Below, one piece after another: positions 1 to 11,844 of a stretch of DNA of 64,000 nt. Position numbers and translations under genes: made by a program. The stretch lies in assembly GCA_030295235.1 (NCBI GenBank), contig AP026158.1, positions 124,001 through 188,000 on the forward strand, written 5' to 3'. Below the pieces are notes generated by a model, which saw only the letters and a list, made by a program, of their open reading frames with translations, had not been told where the DNA came from and made no database searches. Numbering within the stretch: position 1 is the stretch's first letter; every line of letters begins with the position of its first letter. This DNA comes from Fistulifera solaris. Lineage: Eukaryota.

Positions 1-2
1 TT

Positions 3-245
3 TTTGGAAATAACGGACCGAGGAATGATGATGAGGTCAATTGGCTTTATGGTGACGGTTTCTTTATTCAAATGTGTCAAAGGGATCTCCAGCATGAGCC
101 AGTGAATCTGTTACCGTCTCTAGTAGGTGAAATTTTGACCCAAAGTGCCAGTAACGACTTTCGGCGTTCCGCGCTTGTGGTGGCAACGCATGGGGGTGCT
201 CTCTGTGCGTTAGTACAAGATTCGTTGTATTTGTCCGAGCCCTAG
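3..245 (+). CDS. Probable 3' end of a gene entering from the left edge (unknown product)
   Basis: Stop-free frame from base 3 to TAG at 243-245 (FGNNGPRNDDEVNWLYGDG...YLSEP*); no recognisable motif. Confidence 0.35.
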   Translation, partial: FGNNGPRNDDEVNWLYGDGFFIQMCQRDLQHEPVNLLPSLVGEILTQSASNDFRRSALVVATHGGALCALVQDSLYLSEP

Positions 246-498
246 AAAGCTCACCACCATAACGCCTTACTCTAGAGAGCGAGTTTCGTTATCATTCAAA
301 CACAAAAAATACGTTTATTATAGGCAGAAAGTATTTTAGAATTATTGGTCGCCTTTCTAGAAACTGCTGTCTAACTAGGTCTTAGAATGAACGCTGACTC
401 TATTCTTTGTGACCCTACTATTTCGACGAGTGGAACTAGTCCAAGAATTGCAACAAAAGGCTCCGATTCGTGTACGATCGTTATCTTTGCGGTCTCTT

Positions 499-1507
499 TT
501 ACTCTGCATCGTGTCCCCGAACCAGATACACCGGATGCGATAACCGCGGGTTGGTAGTCCGATCCGTAGCGGTTTGAGCAATCACCACCAACGAATGCTC
601 GACCCGTAGTATATTCCCTGACGGATACGATTCACAAGTGATATTGTCGTCGGGAATAGTCAGAAACACTGTCGTTGGAGGAGCCATGACAGCTCCCGGA
701 TTCCCCGACAACCATTCTCGTCGTCCATTGACTTCCAAAGTGGCATCCGCGATCGTCCGTTCCGTTTTGTGCTCAATTTTGTCGCTTCCAACCGACTTCC
801 AGATTATCGTTTCCATTAAACGTACCACAAAATCTTTCAAATCGACTTGACTGCAATTCTCGCCTTGCAAGGTAATTTTAATGGTCGATCCGGTCGTTAC
901 AACGTCCGAAGGTGTACTCCAACCCCAATGAAGGATACCGCGCGGAAACACGACATTGGTGAGAATGTTAACTTTCCGAGGTGTCAAGGCAACGCTCTGT
1001 CCGGGGGGGAATGCAACGTGCGGCTTGTAAATGCAGCGGAACCGTCTCGTGAAAAAGCACTTGGCCTTGTGTAGATATAGCGCGGGCCGTGATTTGATAC
1101 GCAATTTCAAATGTTTGATGTGTCGTAGTGAAATGAAAACTACTGGGTAGAGAAGACGGCAATTCCCAGGCAAAGGGATATTCGTACGACAATTCGTTCT
1201 CCTCTTTCTCGATTTCTAGATCCTTTTCTTCGTTTGATGGTGCGTCCGATTTGTGAGCAAAGGAGTGAAGCGTGTAGGGAAATTTAACAAGAATCTCTTT
1301 TTCGATACGTTGCCTCGTAACAGGATGCAAATTGCCTTCCGTAACGGTTTCTGTCTCATTCGACGTAACTTGTTCGTATCCTAACAATTCGAGTTCAAGG
1401 CGACAGATGCTTTTTGACTCCTTCTCTGGCGTCCAGCTCACACATCCTTGAATCAATTGACCTGCCGTGCAGTGAGTATTTTCAACTTGCAAATGCATGG
1501 ATGACAT
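499..1507 (-). CDS. Arrestin-fold (alpha-arrestin-like) protein; frameshift at G7 run ~1003-1009
   Basis: ORF 968..1549 has arrestin_N-like features (GQLIQGCV, LELLGYEQV, YEYPFAWELPSSLPSSF, IAYQITA). ORF 499..1173 supplies an arrestin_C-like half (GSTIKITLQGENCS, SGNILRVEHSL). The frames switch at a homopolymer. Confidence 0.7.
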
Positions 1508-2184
1508 TTTTCCGCTTGCGTTTACTTGTAGACTTTCATTCAAGTTCAAATGAAAACGAAAATGAATACGATTGCGAGCTTTTCATTACCAGGTACCAGG
1601 TACGTACTGGTACTTTGTAATCCAGATGATTCATTCTCGTGTAATAAGGTTGTAACAGAGAGACACAACCACGGATCAAAATTATTAGCGTCAAGAAGTA
1701 CTCCGGGAGTACTGAGTAGCGGAAGGACGCAATAGCTCGTGACTTTGAAAGAGGGAAAATTATTCCGTCAATTCTGACTTTCTCCTTAGCTCTCTAGGTG
1801 TCCTGACTTAAATAACGTACCGTAGCTTTTTCTGTCACGTTTCCGAAATTATCAAAAAAACAGGTGGTACCGGTATTCACTGATCTCACATTATTTGGCG
1901 GCAATAACGCCAGAGTCACGCTACATAGATCTCATTCCCCTCTTTCTTTCGAATCACGCGGCAAAGAAACTATAACACAGGATCTCAAACAATGACGTTA
2001 TGACTTTACAACCGCGGCACGAACTATCTCGCAACAGTATGTGATGTTCTTACTGCGTGCAATTATCGAAATTTCCATACCCACGCGATTATAGCCAAGA
2101 GCTTACGTTTGCAATTTCTTGTTTTGTTTCGCGGAGTGCACACAATTGTTTCGCATATTCATTCTGTTACGAGTTTACTCAAAC

Positions 2185-3813
2185 ATGAAAAACTTCTTGA
2201 TAGCTTTGATCGTTTTGGCATGTTGGATAGGCAGCGCTATTGCCACGGATGCTGCCAATTTAGATCGTTTCAACTACGAGACAACCGTCCAAGCGAACGG
2301 TCAGAATGACTATGGCCCCCAAGATTGGGGGCGCGTTCAATGCCTCGACAAGGACGTTTGCTTGGGCTACCCAGATTCCTTTGATGAAGCTATCGGTTGG
2401 TCCTATCGCGAAAATTCGTGTCGTTGGTGCCCTCCCGGAAGTCGCGATTGTGGTGTGCATCACCAAAGTCCCATAAACCTCTATCGTCAAGTCACTCAAA
2501 CCAGTGATCCCTTGTACAACAAATGCATTGATGGACACAAGATGATCTTCTTTGATGGAACGTGTAGCTGGGATGATTTGGTGCGACAAAATGCGTTCTC
2601 GATCGAACGCCACGCACTCAAAATCATCCAACCCACCGAGCTCATGCCAGATGGAAGATATCGCATTGCGTGTCGAGATCCATCCATTGGACGTCGTTTC
2701 CCCCGATTGGATTACGCCAAAGGCTTTTCGCATTGGTGGCATTTAAGTCATACGGATTTGCACGTGCCTTCGGAACACACACAAAATGGAAAACGATACG
2801 ATGGTGAATTGCAGATGTATCAATTTTACTCTGTGTCTGGCTTAGAAGCGGGCGTCAACAATGAGGTAAGTCTGATGAGGTTTGTGCGTTTAGTTTGTAT
2901 GCTTCCCAACACCAGACTAACGAGTCTTATGCCTTCCCACACCAATATAGATGGGAACTGTCTCAGTCTTTCTGCAAGCCTACGACGATAGCCCTGATTA
3001 CGACATGTTAAATCGTGTCATTTGTCAATGGCGAGAGGTCGAAGAACAAACGCGTAGGGGCTGTGGGTTGCCCAGCGTCAGTGCCCCATACGACGGTTGT
3101 CACTCGTCCAGACGACAACTCCGCGCAACATCCTCCAGCGCTAACACAACGTTGCCGTCCAAGCCAATGTCGGTACACGATATTATATTGCATAATTATC
3201 TGAATCCCGACGACACAAAGATCATGGTGATGGAGGACGACGATATTACCGAGCCCAGCGATCAAGATGACATGAAGTGGGCCATCTTTGTCCAGCAGCA
3301 GGAAGAGGCGGAACACCAGAATCATCGTCGTCAATTGACGAATCATCATCACGTCCGTCCTTGGCACAACTACTGGCCTCTCGTTGGCGTCCAGACAGAG
3401 TATTATTACCGATACGGTGGCACCCAAACGGTCCCTCCCTGCTACGGTCGATTTGTGCGGGGCAACAATCGCGCCCAAACCAACAATTGGCGCGTCATGA
3501 AAGATCCGATTCGTATTTCCAAGAGACAATTGGCTGAATTGCACCGCTTGTTGCGCGAGCGTATTGCTCCCCCGGTGATCCTTTGGTGGCTTGTCAAGCC
3601 GATACGGCCGCCAAAGTCGATCCAGTCACCGGCTTTGTCGATGTAGCACGGCCTTTACAAGGCAATCAAAAAGCTCACCACATGGTGTATTGTGAATGCG
3701 AGAACTGGGGCAGTCAGTGGCAAGCCGATCAGGAGTGGTGTCGTACGTATCGCAACGACAAGGATGCTCGTTTGTTTCAGCATCCTTACAACTTTTATAC
3801 CGATGGGTTTTAG
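2185..3813 (+). CDS. Secreted alpha-carbonic anhydrase-like protein; intron 2866-2950; frameshift in C run ~3569-3573
   Basis: Signal peptide MKNFLIALIVLACWIGSAIA; alpha-CA motifs YGPQDW, HQSPINL, PSEHTQNGKRYDGE, YYRYGGTQTVPPC, ARPLQ; a GTAAGT...TAG intron joins ORFs 2119 and 2951 in frame. Confidence 0.8.
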
Positions 3814-4565
3814 ATGTTGTCCAGTAAAATCGCAGTGAATTTTATAGTAAGAAAAATACATGTTTTTCTTTCCCATCGTTGCTTGTGCGTGAAAGTGTGT
3901 TTGCAATATTCCGCCAGTCATCATTTGCTCCGTCGCCTCATTTATTTGCGCGCGAACCCGATCGGCCCACTCAGCAAAGAATATACGCCTCCCTGGCAAA
4001 ATAACGCATGAACCCCCCGTTTTCCAGCGTTTCGTTTGCGCCGATTGCCCAAACTTGTGTCGAGCATTATCGGTCGTTCCCTTTTGCTTTTCCCTCGACA
4101 TTGCTGTAGATTTGTTGCAAGGCTGCTGGCTTATTTGAAGCAGAAGCAAATGAATGCATTCTTATTCTATTGTTGTTATTATTTAATATTACGTAGTATA
4201 TGTTAGGGCAATTCGACATTCGACAACGAAAAAAAAACGCGGCTGACTTCGTCGTCATGACTGAAATCAAGTCGTGATAATGTCTTGCAGCACTTGGGAT
4301 GTACAGTATACGTACGGAAGAGAAGGTCCGCAATGCAGTTAGAGTTATAATAAAAACAAATGACCTTCGTAAGGAAGCAAAAACGACAATCGTTAGTGAG
4401 CATGAACTCGTACTCATGATTTAGCTTCAACACTTGCGATCCAGCAAAAATAAATAATATACCTCTCGACAAAGAGCTTTCGATAAAAATATTCAAGGCA
4501 TATGCCACTTCGAATTTTATTCAACCGTGATCTGTTTTAAAACAGGAAAGGAGTTGTCTTCTTTC

Positions 4566-5846
4566 TTATAAGCGGGTTCCCTTTCCTTTTCCATACACTC
4601 CCTCTTTTCCAGGCCGTGAACTTCCCTTTCCGGACACAGAAGAACTCCCTTTGCCGTAAGTTGCACCACCTTTTCCCAAACCACTATCTATTCCATTGCC
4701 TTTTCCCAAACCACTACCTTTACCAGAATTGTTACTTTTTCTTGAACTGGCTTTTTTCGGAACTGCTGCCTTTCCCCGAAATGCCTTTGCCGGAACTCCT
4801 ACCGTTGCCCGCACTACCCTTGCCGGACGGTTGGTGGCTCTTTTGGATTTCTTGCGGTATTCCGCCTCGTACAAATGGGTTGGAGAATCCGACATGGACG
4901 GTGTGTAGGTTGACGGTACAACCGTGGAGGTGGTTACGAATGGAATGGTGGGCTCTAAAGTGGGAACATCCGATGGCATTTCAGATAAGAGGGTGGGTAC
5001 CGATGAAGGCATGGTCGTAGGTATGGTTGTGACAGCCGGAACTGGTGTGACCAGTTTCGTGGGTGTTTCAGACGACACTAGGGTGGGTACTTCTGAACTA
5101 GCCACTACTGCAGTTGGAAGAATTGTTTCAGTTGCTTGGAACAGTGTTGGTAAATTCGTGGGCCGTGACGATGGTGGTGATGATACGGTGGGCACAGTCG
5201 TCGTTGGCTTGGTCGTTGTGAGTTCGATCGTTGTCGGTACCATCGTCATCGGCGGTGTCGTTGCATTACTGATTACTTCTTGTAAGCATAAATTATGAAA
5301 CGTCCATCCCATGGAAAGTGACCGAATCAAAATTGTGACCGTATTATTAGGGATGTTCGTCAAATTCAAGGACGTGGTGACGGGATGGAAGCTATTCCAG
5401 TCTTCTGTGACCGCCAACGAATCGACCGTCGCATAAATTTCTTGCGTCTCATAATCTTCGACGCGAAAACTCCCCTCGCCGAGTGGACTCGTGATACTCA
5501 TAGTCAAATTGTAAATTGTGGTGGTGGTGGTGTTATTATTATTGAGCGGAATCGAATACGCCAACCAATCGCCTTCATCCAACCATCCAATATGGTTGCA
5601 ATCGATGACAATGCCTTTAGATTGCATGAAATTACTGGCATTAAAAAAGACTTGACATTGACTGTGATTGTATTCATTTGTAGGCAAATTGTAGTCATCG
5701 ACGGCATCAGGTTGAAACATATCCGGAGTGACGAGTTTGAGTGTCACACCATTCTTTTCGACGTATTCGAGATTCCGACGGACTTGTTGTGCCCGAATTG
5801 GAGAAAGGAGGAGGAGGAGAAGGAACCAGGGCAGTGATCTCGACAT
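4566..5846 (-). CDS. Secreted protein: CBM6-like domain, Thr/Pro/Ser mucin-like stalk, Lys/Gly-rich tail
   Basis: Hydrophobic signal, RRNL (RxL) motif, IGWLDEGDWLAY...SPLGEGSF...DWNSF...GW pattern typical of CBM6, PT-rich region, GKG repeats at the C-terminus. Confidence 0.7.
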   Translation of the reverse strand: MSRSLPWFLLLLLLSPIRAQQVRRNLEYVEKNGVTLKLVTPDMFQPDAVDDYNLPTNEYNHSQCQVFFNASNFMQSKGIVIDCNHIGWLDEGDWLAYSIPLNNNNTTTTTIYNLTMSITSPLGEGSFRVEDYETQEIYATVDSLAVTEDWNSFHPVTTSLNLTNIPNNTVTILIRSLSMGWTFHNLCLQEVISNATTPPMTMVPTTIELTTTKPTTTVPTVSSPPSSRPTNLPTLFQATETILPTAVVASSEVPTLVSSETPTKLVTPVPAVTTIPTTMPSSVPTLLSEMPSDVPTLEPTIPFVTTSTVVPSTYTPSMSDSPTHLYEAEYRKKSKRATNRPARVVRATVGVPAKAFRGKAAVPKKASSRKSNNSGKGSGLGKGNGIDSGLGKGGATYGKGSSSVSGKGSSRPGKEGVYGKGKGTRL

Positions 5847-6390
5847 CGTCGTGTATGTGCTGTGTGCAGTTGCTTATGACATAATAATAATAGGAGTATC
5901 TGAAGAAGGTTTCCGAGAGACGATGATGTGTTGTTGGGCTTCCTGTCTTTTTTTTGTTCTGTTTGTAGTGGATTTTCGTTTGCTAGAAAAAGTCCCGAAA
6001 ATTCAAAATTTTGGATGAAACGCGGTATGACGAAATGTCAATCTTTACGAGCTCCTCTCCGATGCGACGGGTGACGAACGCACCACACACGTTAGTGCCC
6101 AAGAAAAAAAAAAGTGAACGCGAGGAGCGACAATAATCATACAAATTATTACTACCTGGTACTACGTAGCAAAGGAACGACAAAACGACAATGATAATAA
6201 AAGAGAAAAAAGACCTTCATCTTTCTCATTTGACCATTTGCTTCCGATTATCATTCTAGTTATGCAAGATGAGATGACTGCAAGGAGGAATATTCAGATT
6301 GAAAGCCTTCCTTTGAGGAGAAGAACAAGAAGAAGAAGAACAAGAAGGGAAAGGAAACGGCGACACGAGTATTCTTCCTCTTTTGTAATC

Positions 6391-7929
6391 ATGAAGAAAC
6401 ACTCCAATTTACTTTCCTTTCTTGTATCATTCTTTGCTTTCTTCATCCTTCTAGCACCTTTATCGACAACAAACTCCTTTCTTTTGACAACCAAAAACAC
6501 TCGACCCCTTCCATTCTTCATCGCTAGCATCTACCAAAGTGACGGCGCCTTGGATCAAACAGATACTTTATTGCAGCGTTATCAATACCAATTACCCTCT
6601 TGGTTATTACAACGATGTCAGGATTTGGGTTATATACATCCCACACGCATTCAAATAGCCGCTCTCGATGTTTTATTGCTAGACGAACACAAACCCGATG
6701 TCGTGATACAAGCCGAAACGGGTAGTGGCAAAACCTTGTGTTATTTGTTACCTACACTGGCAGCGATCGATCCCACGCGATCGACAGTGCAAGCCATCCT
6801 GGTGGTACCGACCCGAGAATTGGGACTCCAAGTCGCCAAAGTCGCGAAACGTCTCGTCGCGGCTTCTCCCCACAAAATCTATATCATGAGTGTGTTGCAG
6901 GGCAGTCAGAATCGTCGACAACGGGCTTGGGCCTGGGCAGAACCACCGCAAGTTGTGATTGGAACACCGGAAGAATTGTCAAAAATGGTTCAATTGGGTG
7001 GTATCAAACGTTACAATAGTATTGAAATGGTCGTCGTCGATGAAGTTGATGCTTGTTTGTTGAACAATGCCGGGAGTTTGCAACTAGCGGCCTCGCCATT
7101 GCACGAATTGTTATCGAAACAATTGAGTGCGACATTTTTAGACAAAGACGAAGTTGAAGATACAATGGGAGCTTTGTCGTCGACTCGTCCCAAACGACGA
7201 TTGCACGCCCGGCAAACGATCTTGTGCTCTGCTACCATTCCTCAACACAAACATTTTATCAAACAATGTGTCCAGAATCGATGGACGACGACTGAACCCG
7301 TTTTGGTGGCGCTACAAACGGGAGAGCAATTGTTACCACCGACCTTGGAACATGTGTATATGGTATGTCGTCCCGAAACCAAATTGGCGGCGTTGAAACG
7401 ATTTTTTCGCAAATTGTTATCCTCTCCGGTGCCTTTTAAAGTACTGGTGTTTGCCGAAGAACAACGGCCTTTGGAAGAAATGGCACTAGCGTTGGCGTGG
7501 GAAGCAGAACACGGTGTGTATTGGCAAGAATCCACGGCGAAAGCAGTGCAAGACAATCCAACAGACAAACCGATTCAGGCGATCACGGCAGTGTTGCGCT
7601 ATCAAGATAATCTGACGCAGCGTGCGGCAGCGATGGATGCCTTCACAAGATCGGACGACGACATTGTGCGTGTTCTCTTTTCCACCGATTTGGCAGCACG
7701 AGGTTTAGATGTCGCCAATGTCACGCACGTCATTCATTTCGATTTACCTCCGGATGCCGATACGTACGTTCATCGCGCGGGGCGTACAGGACGACTGGGT
7801 CGTTCAGGACAAGTTCTCAGTTTCGTGGCGCCGGAACAAGAATTTGTGTTGAATCGTTTGGCGAACAAACTGTCGCTCGACTTGCGATGCGTTGCGCGAC
7901 AAAAGAAGGCGACATCCAAAGCAAATTAA
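6391..7929 (+). CDS. DEAD-box RNA helicase, probably plastid-targeted
   Basis: Motifs AETGSGKT, PTREL, GTP, DEVD, SAT, ARGLD, HRAGRTGR; signal peptide followed by Phe (NS-F), as in bipartite presequences. Confidence 0.9.
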   Translation: MKKHSNLLSFLVSFFAFFILLAPLSTTNSFLLTTKNTRPLPFFIASIYQSDGALDQTDTLLQRYQYQLPSWLLQRCQDLGYIHPTRIQIAALDVLLLDEHKPDVVIQAETGSGKTLCYLLPTLAAIDPTRSTVQAILVVPTRELGLQVAKVAKRLVAASPHKIYIMSVLQGSQNRRQRAWAWAEPPQVVIGTPEELSKMVQLGGIKRYNSIEMVVVDEVDACLLNNAGSLQLAASPLHELLSKQLSATFLDKDEVEDTMGALSSTRPKRRLHARQTILCSATIPQHKHFIKQCVQNRWTTTEPVLVALQTGEQLLPPTLEHVYMVCRPETKLAALKRFFRKLLSSPVPFKVLVFAEEQRPLEEMALALAWEAEHGVYWQESTAKAVQDNPTDKPIQAITAVLRYQDNLTQRAAAMDAFTRSDDDIVRVLFSTDLAARGLDVANVTHVIHFDLPPDADTYVHRAGRTGRLGRSGQVLSFVAPEQEFVLNRLANKLSLDLRCVARQKKATSKAN

Positions 7930-8028
7930 AAAAGATACAATAAAGTTGATTTATGTATTACATCATATCATTGAATAAATTGGTTTATTACGAGACACAG
8001 GGCAGCGACTAGTCAGCAGATTTTTGAA

Positions 8029-9356
8029 CTAAGTCCAAAACCACGTGTCTGGATTCGAATCTGATCGAACGGGTGAAGACTGTGTCATTTCCTTGTCTCG
8101 TTGTTGTTGTTGTTGCTGAACTTCCGAGCGAGACACGACCGGCGCTGCTTGTTCTCGGGGTGCCCATGTGGGTGGCCTAACGGGAGCACGTGTCGGTTGT
8201 GCCAAGCGAGTGGTGGTCGGTGACAGCGTTGGCAGCAACGTTGGTCGAGCGCTTGGCTTGGACACGGGTGATCGTGTCGGTGTTCCGGTGGGGACTGGTG
8301 TTGCCAGCGTAGTTGGCCTATCGCTAGGTGCTTGCGAGGGATTGGCACTGGTCTTGATTTCTAGTAGCTCGAAGGATAACCACAGCATGTTCCAACCTTC
8401 TTGGACTGGTACGAGCCGCAACGTCAGGGCACCGCCGGGGAATTGCACAACATTACTGATAGTTTCCCAAATTTGCCAGTCTCCTGTTTTGGGGAATGAC
8501 GAAATTTTGCATAGATTTGCATGGTTTCATTGTTCATTATTTGAAAGGCACCCTGCCCCTCTGGACTCGATATCCGTGCTTTGAAATCATACGTTTCCGA
8601 ATACGGCAATTGAATGTTGTATATCACATAATCGGATGGATCCAACCATCCTATGTTCTCCAATCCCTCGGACGATGTTTGCAATTCAGCTCCGTGTAGA
8701 AGGACAAAGTTATCTGCCGCAATCATCGTAAAGTAATTGGGAGGAATCGTAGTAGTCTCCGTTGGAATGGCAGGAGCGAACATTGGTGCATTGACCGTGG
8801 TTTTTCCAAACTCGTTTTCTGATCGTGTCGGATCAAGCGGCTGGAATGAAAAATCCTTCAAATTCCAGCCACCTTGCAACGATCGAATTTCCAAGGGTAC
8901 ATCACCGGTAGGTAATTCCACTGTCACACGGATGGCTTGCCAGCGATTATTATTCCCGACAGAAGGTATACTAAAAATGGTCGCATATTTGGTGCGGGTT
9001 TCCGCATTCCCCACGACAAAGGATCCAGCACCAAAGGGACTAAAAACATTCAATTCCATAACATACCATCCGGCGACCGGTATATGCACATCGTATCGCA
9101 ACCAATCGTCCGCATCCAACGATCCAACGTAATCGGCTCCTTCTACCGTATCAACGCCGTACATGGATATATAATCGGTTCCATGAATAATAAAGATGTT
9201 GCTCGAATTGTGGCTATTCATGAGATACCACATGTTCGATCCACGCGTTTGCACGGACGTAGCATTGTGTGATGACAACGATAGTATTATTAGAAAGAGA
9301 GGCAAAGCCAGGATACGACTACATGGTCTGATAGAGCGTTTCTTCATCATCATCAT
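8029..9356 (-). CDS. Secreted protein with two CBM6-like domains and a Pro/Thr-rich tail; frameshift at ~8505-8508
   Basis: Two copies of the VGSLDADDWLRY / IGWLDPSDYVIY...SP.G.G.F...GGWN pattern. Adding one A restores YAKISSFPKTGDWQIW, linking ORF 8424..9356 to ORF 8029..8448. Confidence 0.7.
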
Positions 9357-9894
9357 CTTTGACGTTGAGATTCATTAGGGAATTTCGAAATGCGATCTAT
9401 GGGCGGAATGAATGGTGTTTGTTCTCCACTTTCATTGGAGATGATGAGAATTTTCATGGGACTTTCGTTTGTTGTATACCCTGCAGAATACGGGGAGTAC
9501 ATTACGAGACAATTTGCACTAGACGCAAACATAGCTCTTATCATAGTTCATTACAAAGTAGTCAGTTGACATTTTACGAGAAAACAAAGAATGTACAGGT
9601 TCCACGACCACAGACAATACGATAATACGATGTGCGTATTTCGCCTTCGCAATTTCTGACGCCACGATGTCACGCATCATTTTCATCACATACAAAGTAC
9701 ATCATCACTCCAAGTGACGGGAAAGGTTGAGAATGAAAAATAGGAAAAAGGGCTAAGGTCGCCAAAACTGCAAGGTAAACTAATGATCGCAATAATTACT
9801 CTAGCTCAGCTGCTATGCAACTTGAGTACAAAGTAGTAGGTTTTTGTCCATTACTCCTTATGTTACAGGAGCCAATATTCGAAAAGAATGTAGA

Positions 9895-10941
9895 TTAGTT
9901 CGCATCATTGAACAAAACAACGGGAGTGGAAACATCAATCAATGGCTCTAGTTGCAGCTCGAGTACGATCCACAACAAATTCCATCCGTGCGATAGAGCT
10001 CGTATTTCCAATGATAAGTCACCAGCTGGTAAATCAACGCTTGTTGTGATAGTTGCCCATGTTTGGAAGCTGCCGGTGGACGGTAGCTCGGTCACTGTAG
10101 CGTAGACTTCACCGCTGACTTGGTTGCGGATTTGAAAGGCCCCAATTCCTTCCGGACTCGCAATCCGAGCTTTGAACAAAAAGACGCCTCGTACGGGTAG
10201 ACTTAGTTGATAAGCGACATGATCACCACGATCAATCCAATAGAGATTTTTGAGACCCTCAATCGAGTCTTGTACTAGCATGCCTTGCATTTCACTGTAG
10301 GTAGCCGACGCAATCATGGTACGATAGGGTTGATTCGTCAGGTCACCTTGGCGAGCAGTATTGGTTCGGGTTATATTAACAAGGGGATTGACAGAAGGAG
10401 CAGCGTTTGTGGAATTGTTGAGGACAGGAGGTAGACCTGACGTAGCATCAATTTGTGCAACAGAAAGCCATTGGAGGCCCCAACCTTCCGCAACAACTTG
10501 CAAGGTTAATAGTACAAGACCTTTCGGCAAGGTTAGTTCAACTTTTACAGAGGTAAATTCGTCCCGAGCGGTCGCCATCGGCACTGTATTCGCACTCGCG
10601 TACACTTCATTCGTTACGCGGTTGACCACTTGGAAAGCGCCTTCTCCCAGTGGACTCGAAAGGCGAACCTCTAGCAAATACTGCCCAGCTTCCGGTAAAT
10701 CCAGGGCATATGCAACCCAGTCGCCTTTATTAAACCAGAATAATCCATTCGTCGCATCCTTCACAATCGCTCCATTCTTTTCGATGAAACTCGACGCTGG
10801 TATTCTCTTTTCGAACTTCTTGACACCATTTTCTGCCTGCAAAGTCCGCGCGCCCCGAAGTGTTGAGCGGCTTATTCTATCGGCCTTTGTGATGAAGAGA
10901 TAAAGTAAAAGAGAAAGAGTACTTGTTTTGAAAGATCTCAT
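9895..10941 (-). CDS. Secreted protein with two CBM6-like domains
   Basis: Signal peptide, ARTL (RxL), two repeats WFNKGDWVAY / WIDRGDHVAY...SPxGxGAF...GW; clear paralogue of the 4566 and 8029 genes. Confidence 0.75.
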   Translation of the reverse strand: MRSFKTSTLSLLLYLFITKADRISRSTLRGARTLQAENGVKKFEKRIPASSFIEKNGAIVKDATNGLFWFNKGDWVAYALDLPEAGQYLLEVRLSSPLGEGAFQVVNRVTNEVYASANTVPMATARDEFTSVKVELTLPKGLVLLTLQVVAEGWGLQWLSVAQIDATSGLPPVLNNSTNAAPSVNPLVNITRTNTARQGDLTNQPYRTMIASATYSEMQGMLVQDSIEGLKNLYWIDRGDHVAYQLSLPVRGVFLFKARIASPEGIGAFQIRNQVSGEVYATVTELPSTGSFQTWATITTSVDLPAGDLSLEIRALSHGWNLLWIVLELQLEPLIDVSTPVVLFNDAN

Positions 10942-11844
10942 GGTGATTTTTGTGTGATATGAGTTTCATGTCAAACGTATTCAAACGCGTCCTGCGGCCG
11001 ACGATTTGCCGATTGACATCTCGATTCAGGCAACGCGATTGGGTGGCCCAATCCATGTGAGAGTATCTTGCAGTTATTTTTGTACTGAAAAAGAATGAGA
11101 TCAAACATCAAACGCATCCAAGACATATTGGCTACATATAAGCTTAGATAAAAAATGAAAACAAAGTCTGATTAACCTAACTTCAGTAGTAAGTTGGAAG
11201 AAAATGTTTTGGGCAAATCCACCCGTACTATACAGCCCCATCTTTCTGCACTATAAAGTACGCGATGAAGCCTCAAGTGACGAAATTACTACTAGTCTGA
11301 CAAATTTTATAACTGAATTGATGGAATTCACGCCTACCGGACACCCGACAGGCGAGCAAAGTAAAAATCGTGGACGCGCATTTCTGCAATTCTGCACCCC
11401 GTTCACTTTTTTTGTCACAAGCCACGAGGTCGGATTCATTGCCGACCTTTCTCGCTTCTAGCGTTGATTATTATTTCTAAGCTTTGTCTTCATGAGATTG
11501 TGTCTCCTTAATGCTTTCTTTGTTAAACGGGCAAGTTGAAAGTTAGAAAAACTAACCTAGCCTATGATGCTTATCACATGAGTAGTGTTTCATACTAGCA
11601 AGTCGCGAGTCGTAAGCAGTTGATTTGAATCTAATCGTAGTCAACAGTAAGCAGCTTGCCAATTATGTTGCAGACAATTCTTTTGAGACATGGTACGTAT
11701 CGACCCTTCAGCTGCTCTCAACTTGACCTTCTCCAGCAGTTCAGCAAAGACCCGATAAAGGAGGGCAGTATCCAACAACCGTCAAACAAGTTATCCCATT
11801 CTTTATACCAGCAGACTACTTTGTTATGTTTCGACAACACCAAG

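Noticed and set aside
6238..6390. Upstream extensions in the ORF track (6238, 18753, 51214, 52709, 54123, 58618, 61094)
   Set aside because: They use non-ATG or far-upstream starts; downstream ATGs put signal peptides or domains at the N-terminus.
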